In this document: positions 36,269 through 45,306 of the stretch, in pieces | Layout of the letters: every line of letters begins with the position of its first letter | Numbering within the stretch: the first letter of the stretch is position 1 | DNA from: Deltaproteobacteria bacterium | Lineage (GTDB): Bacteria; Myxococcota_A; Polyangia; HGW-17 | Direction of reading: 5' to 3' | Length of the DNA stretch: 64,000 nucleotides | NCBI GenBank assembly: GCA_016937155.1 | Contig: JAFGWM010000053.1 | Coordinates: 15,495-79,494, forward strand | Notes under the pieces: generated by a model | What the model was told of the DNA's origin: nothing | The model's database searches: none | Seen by the model: only the letters and a program-made list of their open reading frames with translations | Made by a program: the position numbers and the translations under genes

Positions 36269-36964
36269 TTATTGAAAAAACTTTCTCTGGGCAATATTCA
36301 AAAAGTCGTTTGCAAACGTTTCCATGTCAGCCACATGTAATCTTACTTTCCGAAGAAAATAATTATAGGCTATTGTTGCCGGAATAGCCGCAATAAGTCC
36401 CAGAGCCGTTGTAACAAGCGCATCAACTATACCGGGAGCAACAGTCGCCAGAGTTGTATTACCAGTGATCCCTATGGCACTGAAGGAAACCATGATTCCC
36501 CAAACTGTTCCGAAAAGACCAAGAAATGGTGCTGTTGCACTGATAGTTGCCATTACCGGAAGCATACCCTCAAGCCGGGTAATCTCAACCATTGCTGATT
36601 TTTTAAGAGCTCTCTCAAGATTCTGAAGATCCCCTCTATCATCTCCCTGCTCCCTGTTTCTGGATTTCAGTCTGGCCAGTTCCTTATAACCGGCAATAAA
36701 AACCTGACTTATGGGACCTCGTGGATTCTCCTCTGCTACTTTATATATCTGATCAAGATTTCCACCCCCCCAAAAAGCATCCAAAAAAACTTTATTGGAC
36801 TTCAATGCCCTGTAATAGAATATTCCTTTGTAAACAATAGCATACCATGTAACTATACTGAATGCGAAGAGAACAATAAGATCAACAAGAACCATTCCTC
36901 TGGAATTAAGTATCATATCAACCAGATTAATAGTCTGTGCCTTTGCCAGAAATATTTGTTCCAT
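36269..36964 (-). CDS. tolQ: TolQ / ExbB / MotA-family proton channel protein
   Basis: 231 aa. ISATAPFLGLFGTVWGIM and GIVDALVTTALGLIAAIPA blocks. Confidence 0.9.
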   Translation of the reverse strand: MEQIFLAKAQTINLVDMILNSRGMVLVDLIVLFAFSIVTWYAIVYKGIFYYRALKSNKVFLDAFWGGGNLDQIYKVAEENPRGPISQVFIAGYKELARLKSRNREQGDDRGDLQNLERALKKSAMVEITRLEGMLPVMATISATAPFLGLFGTVWGIMVSFSAIGITGNTTLATVAPGIVDALVTTALGLIAAIPATIAYNYFLRKVRLHVADMETFANDFLNIAQRKFFQ

Positions 36965-37014
36965 CTCACCACCTTTCGGAAATCAGGTAATTTTACATCA
37001 GGTGGGAATACTAA

Positions 37015-37383
37015 TCAAATTCCCTGTTGTTGCAAAGTTTTTAGCGTAGTTGTCAAACTTTGAAACATCCTCATGAATAACTCAATCTGCCTCATATTAC
37101 CAAGCATCAGTTCCTGTACAACTATTAAATCCTTCATATCCAGGCTATTGCCTGACTGGATCTTTTTCATATAGTCAGACAGCAGTTTTTCCTTTTCAAG
37201 AAAATTCTTTGCAAACTTTTCAAGAGCTAACCTTTCCTCTTTTTGTAAAATTCCCTTTGCGGGCCTTAAAGGACCAAATGAACGATGTTCTATTGGTAAA
37301 TTATCCCGTTTTACTCCGGGCGTTATGCTGGATTGATAGTCCTGTCGTTTAAAACCTATTTTGGGCAATTCAGTAATCCTCAT
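37015..37383 (-). CDS. Hypothetical small protein upstream of tolQ
   Basis: 122-aa ORF 50 nt upstream of tolQ. Helical, Gln/Leu-rich C-terminus. No secure motif. Confidence 0.4.
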   Translation of the reverse strand: MRITELPKIGFKRQDYQSSITPGVKRDNLPIEHRSFGPLRPAKGILQKEERLALEKFAKNFLEKEKLLSDYMKKIQSGNSLDMKDLIVVQELMLGNMRQIELFMRMFQSLTTTLKTLQQQGI

Positions 37384-37479
37384 TTAATACCTCCATAAAC
37401 AATTCTCCTGTGATCAGCAAAAAAGTTGCACCTGAAGGCCTGAATTTTTAATTTTTTATGGAAACAGAACTCAGAAAAT

Positions 37480-38982
37480 TTACGAATTTTCGTCTTTTCG
37501 AAGAATAGCCCTTATACCCAGAACACCAAGAGTAAGAAGTATGATACTTTGAATAAGGGTTTTAGGAATTAGTTTTCCGCCAATAATCTGACTTATTACA
37601 AAATAAACCGCTGTGGATATAAAAATACCGTAAACAACTACGAGGGCTTTCTTGGCTCTGGATCTTGTTTTTTCCGAATTCACTCCAAAAAAATAATTAA
37701 AAAGGAATAATCCCCCCATACTGAAAAGACCAAGAACTCCAAACACCAGCCAGAAGTTCCTTAATGATGAAGAAATTCCAGTTTTTCCCACAAGGGGACT
37801 CATGAACCTGGTATACATTTCTCCACCAAGATTTGATCCGATAAGACTTCCTATCACGCCATAGAGAAATGCGTACCCCATATAAGTGGCCTTCTTCTCC
37901 TGAGGTGCAATCAACCCAATGTAACTTACATATTTTGGGTGACACGTCATTTCTCCAATAGAGAAAATGGCAATTCCAAGAATGAAAATCCAAACATTTT
38001 GACTTAAGGCTAGAAAGAAAAAACCCAAAGCACCTATGGCCATACCCACCATCATTGTCGGCAATGCCTTGAATCTTTTGGTAATAAATGAAATCAAAAC
38101 CTGAAGAAGAACAATTGTCCCTGCATTAATGACAGTTACGTGCTCCGGTGAAAAACTGTACTTTATTCCAAAAGTAGACTGGAAAAACTTATTAAACGGA
38201 GTTGGATCAACAAAATCCCTCAGATACCATAGAACAGTACCGAAATTCTGGAAATACAGAATCCAGAAAGTGGAATAAATGAAGATCATAAGCATGAATC
38301 TGCTGTCTGATAGAACAACAAGAGCATCGCCGAGAACTTCACTGAGTTTTTTAGTACTTTTTGGCTTGGGCGGATCCCGGTAGAAGAAAATGGTGGGAAT
38401 AAGCATAGAAAGAGTCAGCAGCCCGGAAAAAATAAAAACATAATTCCATGAATATTTCCTCAGATAGTAAACCACCAGAGGTGCAATTAACGCACCAAGA
38501 TTTATCATCCAGTAATAAACACCGAACCCGAAACCGCTGTTTTTTTCATTTGTTGTTCTGGCTATAGTACCACTGATAATTGGCTTAAAAAGGCCACTAC
38601 CCATCGCCATAAGGCCCAGAGTGGCAAAAATAAGCCAGTAGGAAGTGACCTGAGAGGTCATGGCATATCCACAGCTTATAAATGAAAATGCAAACAGTAG
38701 CATCCGCCTGTATCCATATCTGTCTGCAAGAGCCCCTCCAAGTATGGGCAATATGTATGTCATTGCGTATATGAGCCCCTGAAGAAAACCCACTCTGTCT
38801 TCCCTGAACCCCAAACCATCCTTTGATGAAAGATATACCGCCAGAACACTATTCATTCCGTAGTAGGCGCCTCTTTCAAAAAGCTCCATTACATTTACAA
38901 TCCAGAAATTTGCGGGAAATGAAGAGAATAATCCCCCCGAGGATTTTGCTCCTTCGGAATCACTCATTTTATACCTTCTCAA
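37480..38982 (-). CDS. Proton-dependent oligopeptide transporter (POT/PTR2, MFS)
   Basis: 500 aa. PTR2 signatures GGALADRYGYRR and VYYWMINLGALIAP. About 12-14 TM. Confidence 0.85.
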   Translation of the reverse strand: MRRYKMSDSEGAKSSGGLFSSFPANFWIVNVMELFERGAYYGMNSVLAVYLSSKDGLGFREDRVGFLQGLIYAMTYILPILGGALADRYGYRRMLLFAFSFISCGYAMTSQVTSYWLIFATLGLMAMGSGLFKPIISGTIARTTNEKNSGFGFGVYYWMINLGALIAPLVVYYLRKYSWNYVFIFSGLLTLSMLIPTIFFYRDPPKPKSTKKLSEVLGDALVVLSDSRFMLMIFIYSTFWILYFQNFGTVLWYLRDFVDPTPFNKFFQSTFGIKYSFSPEHVTVINAGTIVLLQVLISFITKRFKALPTMMVGMAIGALGFFFLALSQNVWIFILGIAIFSIGEMTCHPKYVSYIGLIAPQEKKATYMGYAFLYGVIGSLIGSNLGGEMYTRFMSPLVGKTGISSSLRNFWLVFGVLGLFSMGGLFLFNYFFGVNSEKTRSRAKKALVVVYGIFISTAVYFVISQIIGGKLIPKTLIQSIILLTLGVLGIRAILRKDENS

Positions 38983-39295
38983 TTGCGTTATGCCATTGTA
39001 ATTATTGTACCAATGACCATTTTTACCAATTCATAAATAACAATATGACAAAAAAGTTACAACAGGAGTGAAAATACTATATTGTGCAATACATAACAAC
39101 ACAAAAGTCTTTTGCATGTCAGTTATTCTTTAAAATTCCCATAAAAACAACTTATTCTGAAGATACTTCCATGTTGATTGTTTATACTGCAGTCGGAAAT
39201 TCTAATAACATCAAATAGTACTGGTTTTCAAAAGTAATCCCTTTCAGATTTTTTTGGAAATTATACAATACGCTCATTAAGAAGGAGATATATCC

Positions 39296-40405
39296 ATGGA
39301 AGAGAAAATCTGGAAAATCGATTTTGAAACCCTTGAAAAGTTTATGTCAGACGTGTTCAGTTCGTGCGGCGTTCCAAAAAATGAAGCCGAAGTTTGTGCA
39401 AGAGTGCTCATTACAAGTGATAAACGTGGAATTGAAAGCCACGGCATAGGCCGTATGAAAACAATATATTACGACCGCATAAAAAAGGGAATTCAATCCC
39501 CTGTAACAAAATTTGAAATAGTTTCGGAGACACCCACTACTGCAGTTATAGATGGCAATCATGGTATGGGGCATGTAATCTCCACACGGGCTATGGAAAT
39601 GGCTATTGAAAAGGCTAAGACAAACGGCCTTGGCATGACAGCAGTCCGTAACAGCACACATTACGGAATATGCGGGTACTATCTGCTTATGGCAGCAGAG
39701 GCCGGAATGATTGGAATAACGGGAACAAACGCCAGACCCTCTATTGCACCAACTTTTGGTGTTGAAAATATGCTTGGAACCAATCCTCTGGCTCTAGGAT
39801 GTCCTACTGATGAGGATTTTCCTTTTATTCTCGATGCTGCAACGAGTGTAAGCCAGAGGGGAAAAATTGAGGTTTATTCAAGAGCAGAAAAGGATATTCC
39901 AGAAGGTTGGGTAATTGACAGAAGTGGAAACTATAGAACTGATACTCAACAGATTCTGAAGGATCTTGTTAGTGGAGATGCTGCTCTCGTAGCTCTAGGC
40001 GGTATGGGTGAAGAAACCGGGGGACATAAAGGATATGGATATGCAACATTTGTGGAAATTCTGAGCAGTGCACTTTCAAACGGCAGTTATATGAAACAGC
40101 TTCTGGGATTTGAAAACGGTAAACCTGTTCCATACAAACTTGGACATTTTTTCATGGCCATCAATATTGAGAATTTTATTCCACTGCCGATTTTTAAGGC
40201 TACTGCAGGTAGTATTTTACGACAGTTGAGAAATTCTGATAAAGCTCCGGGGCAGGAGAGAATATACACTGCCGGAGAGAAAGAACATCTTATGTGGCTT
40301 GAAAGAAGCAAAACAGGCGTCCCAATAAATTCAAATCTTTCAGTTGAGCTTGATATCATGCGAAAAGAATGCAGCCTTGACAATTACATCTTCCCCTGGG
40401 ATTAA
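39296..40405 (+). CDS. Ldh_2-family (malate/L-lactate/ureidoglycolate-type) dehydrogenase
   Basis: 369 aa. Family-typical SHGIGRM, NSTHYG, TNPLALG, GGHKGYG blocks. AGGAG RBS. Confidence 0.8.
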   Translation: MEEKIWKIDFETLEKFMSDVFSSCGVPKNEAEVCARVLITSDKRGIESHGIGRMKTIYYDRIKKGIQSPVTKFEIVSETPTTAVIDGNHGMGHVISTRAMEMAIEKAKTNGLGMTAVRNSTHYGICGYYLLMAAEAGMIGITGTNARPSIAPTFGVENMLGTNPLALGCPTDEDFPFILDAATSVSQRGKIEVYSRAEKDIPEGWVIDRSGNYRTDTQQILKDLVSGDAALVALGGMGEETGGHKGYGYATFVEILSSALSNGSYMKQLLGFENGKPVPYKLGHFFMAINIENFIPLPIFKATAGSILRQLRNSDKAPGQERIYTAGEKEHLMWLERSKTGVPINSNLSVELDIMRKECSLDNYIFPWD

Positions 40406-40420
40406 AACCCCATATATTCT

Positions 40421-41809
40421 TCAGGTTGTGAAAAACAAAAAACTTCCTCTGGGATAAAACATCATAAATCGTGAAAAAGTAACCGCACCGAAAAGATTTA
40501 TCAGCATACCCAATATGGCGAGAGTATAAAAAAGCTTTGTAAATTTGAATCTGGAAAACGCCATAATCAGTAGCAAAAAGACTGTAAAATCAAGACTAAA
40601 TCTATAACCAAACTGCACAAAGCCGCTGTTCTGATAGGAAAGTACCATAACTGCCATTATGCCGGAAACAACAAGCATCGGAATTACAAATCGCTTTTTC
40701 AAATCAGATTTAAACAGATAAAAGAAAACGGGTGTTGTAATCCAGAGCGCCATACCATGAGGACTGATCTGGATCCAAGGTTTTGAAAATGTAATTCGAG
40801 GGAGCAAAGTAAGTGCCACACTGAGGTTTCTGGATAAATATTCGTAGTTGAAAAGACCATATTTTTGAATTCTGCCCTGCCATCTGATGTTCAGATAATT
40901 GTGCCCGAATTCAAATGCATTATCAAATCGCAGATAATTATGAACCACTGCCAGTAAAATGGAAATAATAACAGGAATGGAAAAAAGTATCAGTTTTTGT
41001 AAATCCTCCTTCCATTTAGAAATTCCATTTTCCTGATACATACTGAATGGATACAACAGACCTGCAAAAAGCATTGGAGTTCTGGATAAAAATGCAAATC
41101 CCAGGGCGATGCCTGCCAGAAGATGATTTTTTCTGAAAAAACTCCATAAAAAAACAGTCAGAAAAAACAAACCGGTAATATGAGCAGTAAACCAGACCTC
41201 TCCCCTTACAGAACTGAAAAAATATACTGTACCAAACCCCAGAACTGAAGTGAGGAAAAGACTTTCATTCAGTGAGCGCTCATGATATCCCTTAACCCGT
41301 GATTCTATAAGAACCAGAAAGAAAAAAACCAGTGTAATACCTGAGAGTATTATAGTAAGGATTACATCATTGGCGTTAATGCCAAAAGCTTTGACAAATG
41401 GAAGCATAAGCAGCGCAGGTGCAGGAGGAAAACTGACATACCACTTATATGAGACTCTCCCGATGTCCTGGTTGCTGACTTTCACCAGTCTACCTCTGGT
41501 GGTTTTAAATTTTTTATTTTTTCCGGAACCCACAAATCGTCCCTTTAATTTTTCACTATTTTTTAGATGTAAAATAGTGACTCTGGCCCAGTCGTTTCCA
41601 TGGGGTGGTCTCCCGGTCATATTCAACTGACCTTGTAACCAGTTTTGAGCAAGATATGCAAAATGATTATTTGAGGAAGCCTTTCCCATCCTTGACCATG
41701 CAACCAGAGAAAAAGCAAATACAGATACAAAAAAAATACCTGCGCTATACTTAAACAGAGCGTTTCCTGATAAATGTACGGATTTTTCAGACATCTGATT
41801 CATGTACAA
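40421..41809 (-). CDS. Polytopic membrane protein, GT-C-type (ArnT/PMT-like) glycosyltransferase candidate
   Basis: 462 aa, more than 10 TM helices with an extracytoplasmic loop after TM1. Topology-level call only. Confidence 0.4.
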   Translation of the reverse strand: MYMNQMSEKSVHLSGNALFKYSAGIFFVSVFAFSLVAWSRMGKASSNNHFAYLAQNWLQGQLNMTGRPPHGNDWARVTILHLKNSEKLKGRFVGSGKNKKFKTTRGRLVKVSNQDIGRVSYKWYVSFPPAPALLMLPFVKAFGINANDVILTIILSGITLVFFFLVLIESRVKGYHERSLNESLFLTSVLGFGTVYFFSSVRGEVWFTAHITGLFFLTVFLWSFFRKNHLLAGIALGFAFLSRTPMLFAGLLYPFSMYQENGISKWKEDLQKLILFSIPVIISILLAVVHNYLRFDNAFEFGHNYLNIRWQGRIQKYGLFNYEYLSRNLSVALTLLPRITFSKPWIQISPHGMALWITTPVFFYLFKSDLKKRFVIPMLVVSGIMAVMVLSYQNSGFVQFGYRFSLDFTVFLLLIMAFSRFKFTKLFYTLAILGMLINLFGAVTFSRFMMFYPRGSFLFFTT

Positions 41810-43814
41810 AATTTACAGTTTCTCTTAAAAAATCAACTTTTTTTATTTTCAACCGTACTTTATCACCTTTTTTTGCTTCACCTTTGAAAAAAACCATAAA
41901 TTTTCTGGCGATTTCATGAATATGAACCATGCCCTTGTTGCCATCAGAAAACAGCTCAATCACTGTTCCGGTATATATCATCTTATCATTTTGCTCCAGA
42001 TACCGGAATACCGCGGCTGTCTCTGAATTCTTTTCCACAATAGACCCCTGGGTTACGGCAGCCTGAATTTTTCCATGAAGAACACTTACCGTTGATTCAT
42101 CCATAATATCATGGCTTTTATATAAAAAAGCTTTAATCTGCCGGTGGGCTACAAGATCAACACCACGTCTTATGGGACTTGTTACCTGAAGATAATTATC
42201 AACACCGAGTCCATGATGACGACCGGGGTGAACTGTATACTCACCTTTTTTTATAAATTTTAACGATTCATATGATTCAACAAGACCGGAAACAGAATTA
42301 AGTACAATTGAGGGAGGTGGCTGCACTCTATAGACAACCGGAATTGAATTATCAGAACAGAATCTGCCTGCAATCATATTTGCCAGTATCATTAATTCTG
42401 AGACAAGTTTTCTTGACGGAGATTCCTCATTGATTAATTTTACAGCAACGATACCATCAGCGTCGGATTTTATTTTTAACTCAGGCAGATTTATGGCAAA
42501 AGCCCCGTTTTTAGTTCTTTTATTTGACAGTATTTCAGAAACTTTCAGAAGATCATTAATCAATACGGGAGCTGTGTTTTTCATTATCATTGAGTCTACT
42601 TCATCATATGATAATTTTTTATCTGTATTAATAATCGAGTTGAAAATCTCAATATCTGACACATCACTGTCTGCATTCAGTACACATTTGAAAGTCAGGG
42701 CTCTACGGTTTTTTCCCTCAAGCAGTGAGGCAAGATCCTCACTGATACAACCGGGGTACATATTTATAACCTTTTCGGGAAGATAGAGAGAAGTACCCCT
42801 TTCAATGACCTCAATTTCCAGATCGGGAAACAGAAGATTAAAATAACCCGGATCTGCAATATGAACATAAATTAAAAAATTCTCTCCACTTACTTTACAG
42901 CTTAGAGCATCATCAATATCCCGGGTTTCCTCATCATCAATCGTAACAGTGTAAAGATCAGTCAAATCAGTACATTCATTGAATTCAATTGTCTGAATTT
43001 TCTGACATTCATTCCACTGAAAATCTTCCCGGATACCATATCTCACAAGATCCGTATTCTCAAACTCTCCAATTATACCCCCTTTTCTCAGAAGATAGTT
43101 TATACCGTTATAGGGATTACCATGACCTATTGAACAGCTTTCAAGAAGCAACTGAACAAAATCCCCAAAACTCTTTTGATAACTGCAGTCTTCACGAAAA
43201 ACAGCATACTGTTTTAACTGCTGGATAATGCTAAAATACTTCGGGCTCTGAAGCTCCCCTATTAGATTTTTTTCCTGATTATTATCAAGATTACTATCAA
43301 ATATAAGCAGTTTGAAAATACCGATCACATCCTTTTGGGCATTTTCTTTTTCGGTCAGTTGTTTTTTTTGAAGTATAATCTGCTCAACTGATTCAGGCTT
43401 TCTTACTTCCCAGGTACCTTTTTTCCTCTTAAAGTAAATATTTTCATCCCAGAGAGCTATAAACACCGCCAGAGTCGAAGCATTATCCCCTGTATCAAAA
43501 ACAAGATCCCTCAGAAAACAGGTATCAGTTTCAGTATATTCCGATTGAACCATCTCATATAAATCAGATGTGGAAATGAACTCTCTCAACTCCTGTGATT
43601 TTTCCACAAGCACATGAAGATGAGACAAATCATCGTTTCTTGAAATAACAGAATGTGGAAGACGTTCCTCAATTCTGGATTCAGTCAGGCGCTTTTTTGA
43701 ACCGCCGGAATCAAGAATCGAAAATACACCCATTTTGTCCGGCCCATCCAAAATGAGACCTGCACCAACAGCTCCCGAACCATCAGGATACAAAGCCACC
43801 ACATACTCAGACAC
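41787..43814 (-). CDS. RNase II/R-family 3'-5' exoribonuclease (RNB domain + C-terminal S1-like domain)
   Basis: 675 aa. RNB motifs DDEETRDIDDALS and VTSPIRRGVDLVAHRQI. S1-like end YTGTVIELF...GDKVRLKIKKVD. Confidence 0.85.
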   Translation of the reverse strand: MSEYVVALYPDGSGAVGAGLILDGPDKMGVFSILDSGGSKKRLTESRIEERLPHSVISRNDDLSHLHVLVEKSQELREFISTSDLYEMVQSEYTETDTCFLRDLVFDTGDNASTLAVFIALWDENIYFKRKKGTWEVRKPESVEQIILQKKQLTEKENAQKDVIGIFKLLIFDSNLDNNQEKNLIGELQSPKYFSIIQQLKQYAVFREDCSYQKSFGDFVQLLLESCSIGHGNPYNGINYLLRKGGIIGEFENTDLVRYGIREDFQWNECQKIQTIEFNECTDLTDLYTVTIDDEETRDIDDALSCKVSGENFLIYVHIADPGYFNLLFPDLEIEVIERGTSLYLPEKVINMYPGCISEDLASLLEGKNRRALTFKCVLNADSDVSDIEIFNSIINTDKKLSYDEVDSMIMKNTAPVLINDLLKVSEILSNKRTKNGAFAINLPELKIKSDADGIVAVKLINEESPSRKLVSELMILANMIAGRFCSDNSIPVVYRVQPPPSIVLNSVSGLVESYESLKFIKKGEYTVHPGRHHGLGVDNYLQVTSPIRRGVDLVAHRQIKAFLYKSHDIMDESTVSVLHGKIQAAVTQGSIVEKNSETAAVFRYLEQNDKMIYTGTVIELFSDGNKGMVHIHEIARKFMVFFKGEAKKGDKVRLKIKKVDFLRETVNFVHESDV

Positions 43815-43841
43815 GATTTAATTGAATTTCCCGAAGAAAAA

Positions 43842-44204
43842 TTAGCGTTTGAAGGTTTTTTCGCGGATTCTTGCTGCACGACCTCTGAGAGCACGAAGGT
43901 AATAGAGTTTAGCTCTTCTCACTCTACCACGCATTCCCAGTTCCACTTTTTCTATAACAGGGCTGGATACCGGGAAAATTCTCTCTACACCAACGCCATA
44001 GGACATTTTACGAACTGTAAAAGTGGATCTGTTTCCGCCGTTACGTCTCTTTATAACAACACCTTCGAAGACCTGAACACGGTCTCTGTTGCCTTCTTTT
44101 ACTTTTACATGAACTCTAACTGTATCGCCAACGCGAAAAGCAGGATAGTCGTTTCTGATAAAATCTTTCTCAATTTTTTCTACGATCGGATGAGCGTATG
44201 ACAT
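43842..44204 (-). CDS. rplS: 50S ribosomal protein L19
   Basis: 120 aa. [29 protein letters not shown]...[23 protein letters not shown]. Confidence 0.95.
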   Translation of the reverse strand: MSYAHPIVEKIEKDFIRNDYPAFRVGDTVRVHVKVKEGNRDRVQVFEGVVIKRRNGGNRSTFTVRKMSYGVGVERIFPVSSPVIEKVELGMRGRVRRAKLYYLRALRGRAARIREKTFKR

Positions 44205-44487
44205 TTCTATTGCTCCTAATAAATGAAATAATTACAAACAAATAATCTTTCTGACAGAATGACTTCGTGAAACCATCCTCAGTTCAGAGTGCATCTATAT
44301 ACCTGAATGAGTTTAATTTACAACCTTTTTTTGGATTTCAGGGATGGAAATTCTGATTTTTTTTGTTTTCCGGAAACAGAGATTTTTCATGAATTTATTC
44401 ATAAAAGTCTGACATTTTTTTTCTTATCTGAAAATTAAATCTGATGCAGAAAATGTGGAAGTGACTGTAACGAAAAGTTTTTTCTCA

Positions 44488-45186
44488 CTATTTAAAAGTA
44501 CAGGTACCAGCACTGCCAAGATTTTCTTCAAGAAGGTAATCACAGGAATCAGTGGTTCCAGTGACATAAATATCATTACAGGTAAGTTCCAGAGCCTCAA
44601 CACTCAGAGCTTCAGCACAGAAACTGAGATCTTCAAGTAAAACTTCGTCTTCAGCATAAGATGCATACTCATCAAGACATGTGGTTGCAGTTGTACAGTC
44701 GTCATAGCATCCTTCAAGCCAGTCAGCATAATAGTCACATACTATATAACCGCAGTCTTCAGCACAGTTTATTTCATCCTCGTCAGTATCACAGGTTTCG
44801 TCACCACAATAGCTTGCAACAACACAGTCAGCAGGGCATGTTTCTTCATCCTCGTCAGTATCACAGGTTCCATCGCCACAGTATGGATCTACAGTACAAA
44901 CTACACCAAGATAATCAACGCCCAGATCAACACATTCCTGTACAGTGGTACTCCAGTCGGCACATCCTGCACTTACAATGATGTCACTGCATTCATCAAG
45001 GTCCATCTGGATATCAACCGGGAGATCAAGATAGTTGTCTTCACATGCGACACTCACTGAACAGTTATCACAGCTTGAAAGCCATGCGTCATAATTGTCA
45101 CATGTGATTACAGCATCCGAAGTATCTTCACAGCTGATTACAAACATAGAAAGCAAAAGTGAACCAATAAGCATAAATCTCTTCAT
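44488..45186 (-). CDS. Acidic Cys-rich lipoprotein with duplicated CGD(G/E)TCDTDEDE-x2-C-x2-DC module
   Basis: 232 aa. Signal with lipobox VISC. Many Cys and Asp/Glu. PYCGDGTCDTDEDEETCPADC and SYCGDETCDTDEDEINCAEDC in tandem. Confidence 0.6.
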   Translation of the reverse strand: MKRFMLIGSLLLSMFVISCEDTSDAVITCDNYDAWLSSCDNCSVSVACEDNYLDLPVDIQMDLDECSDIIVSAGCADWSTTVQECVDLGVDYLGVVCTVDPYCGDGTCDTDEDEETCPADCVVASYCGDETCDTDEDEINCAEDCGYIVCDYYADWLEGCYDDCTTATTCLDEYASYAEDEVLLEDLSFCAEALSVEALELTCNDIYVTGTTDSCDYLLEENLGSAGTCTFK

Positions 45187-45306
45187 AATAATCCTCCTGT
45201 TAAAAAGTTAGACCCGAAATAAACCGGGATAGAGATATATTGTCTTTTATCACAAATAAGAAAAAAAGCAAATAACAGGGAGCCAGACTAAGCTTGAAAG
45301 AGAGTC

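Noticed and set aside
37015-37383. The C-terminal DLIVVQELMLGNMRQIELFMRMFQSLTTTLKTLQQQ of the small protein upstream of tolQ resembled T3SS inner-rod (SctI-type) C-termini
   Set aside because: This is only a heptad/Gln-rich resemblance, and no other T3SS or flagellar genes are in the window. It cannot be supported without an HMM search.
38983-39295. Longest intergenic spacer (313 bp, between the divergent POT transporter and Ldh_2 genes), considered as an sRNA or riboswitch locus
   Set aside because: It is very AT-rich with no evident conserved stem-loops or terminator. It is most simply a divergent promoter region, and this cannot be evaluated further without comparative data.
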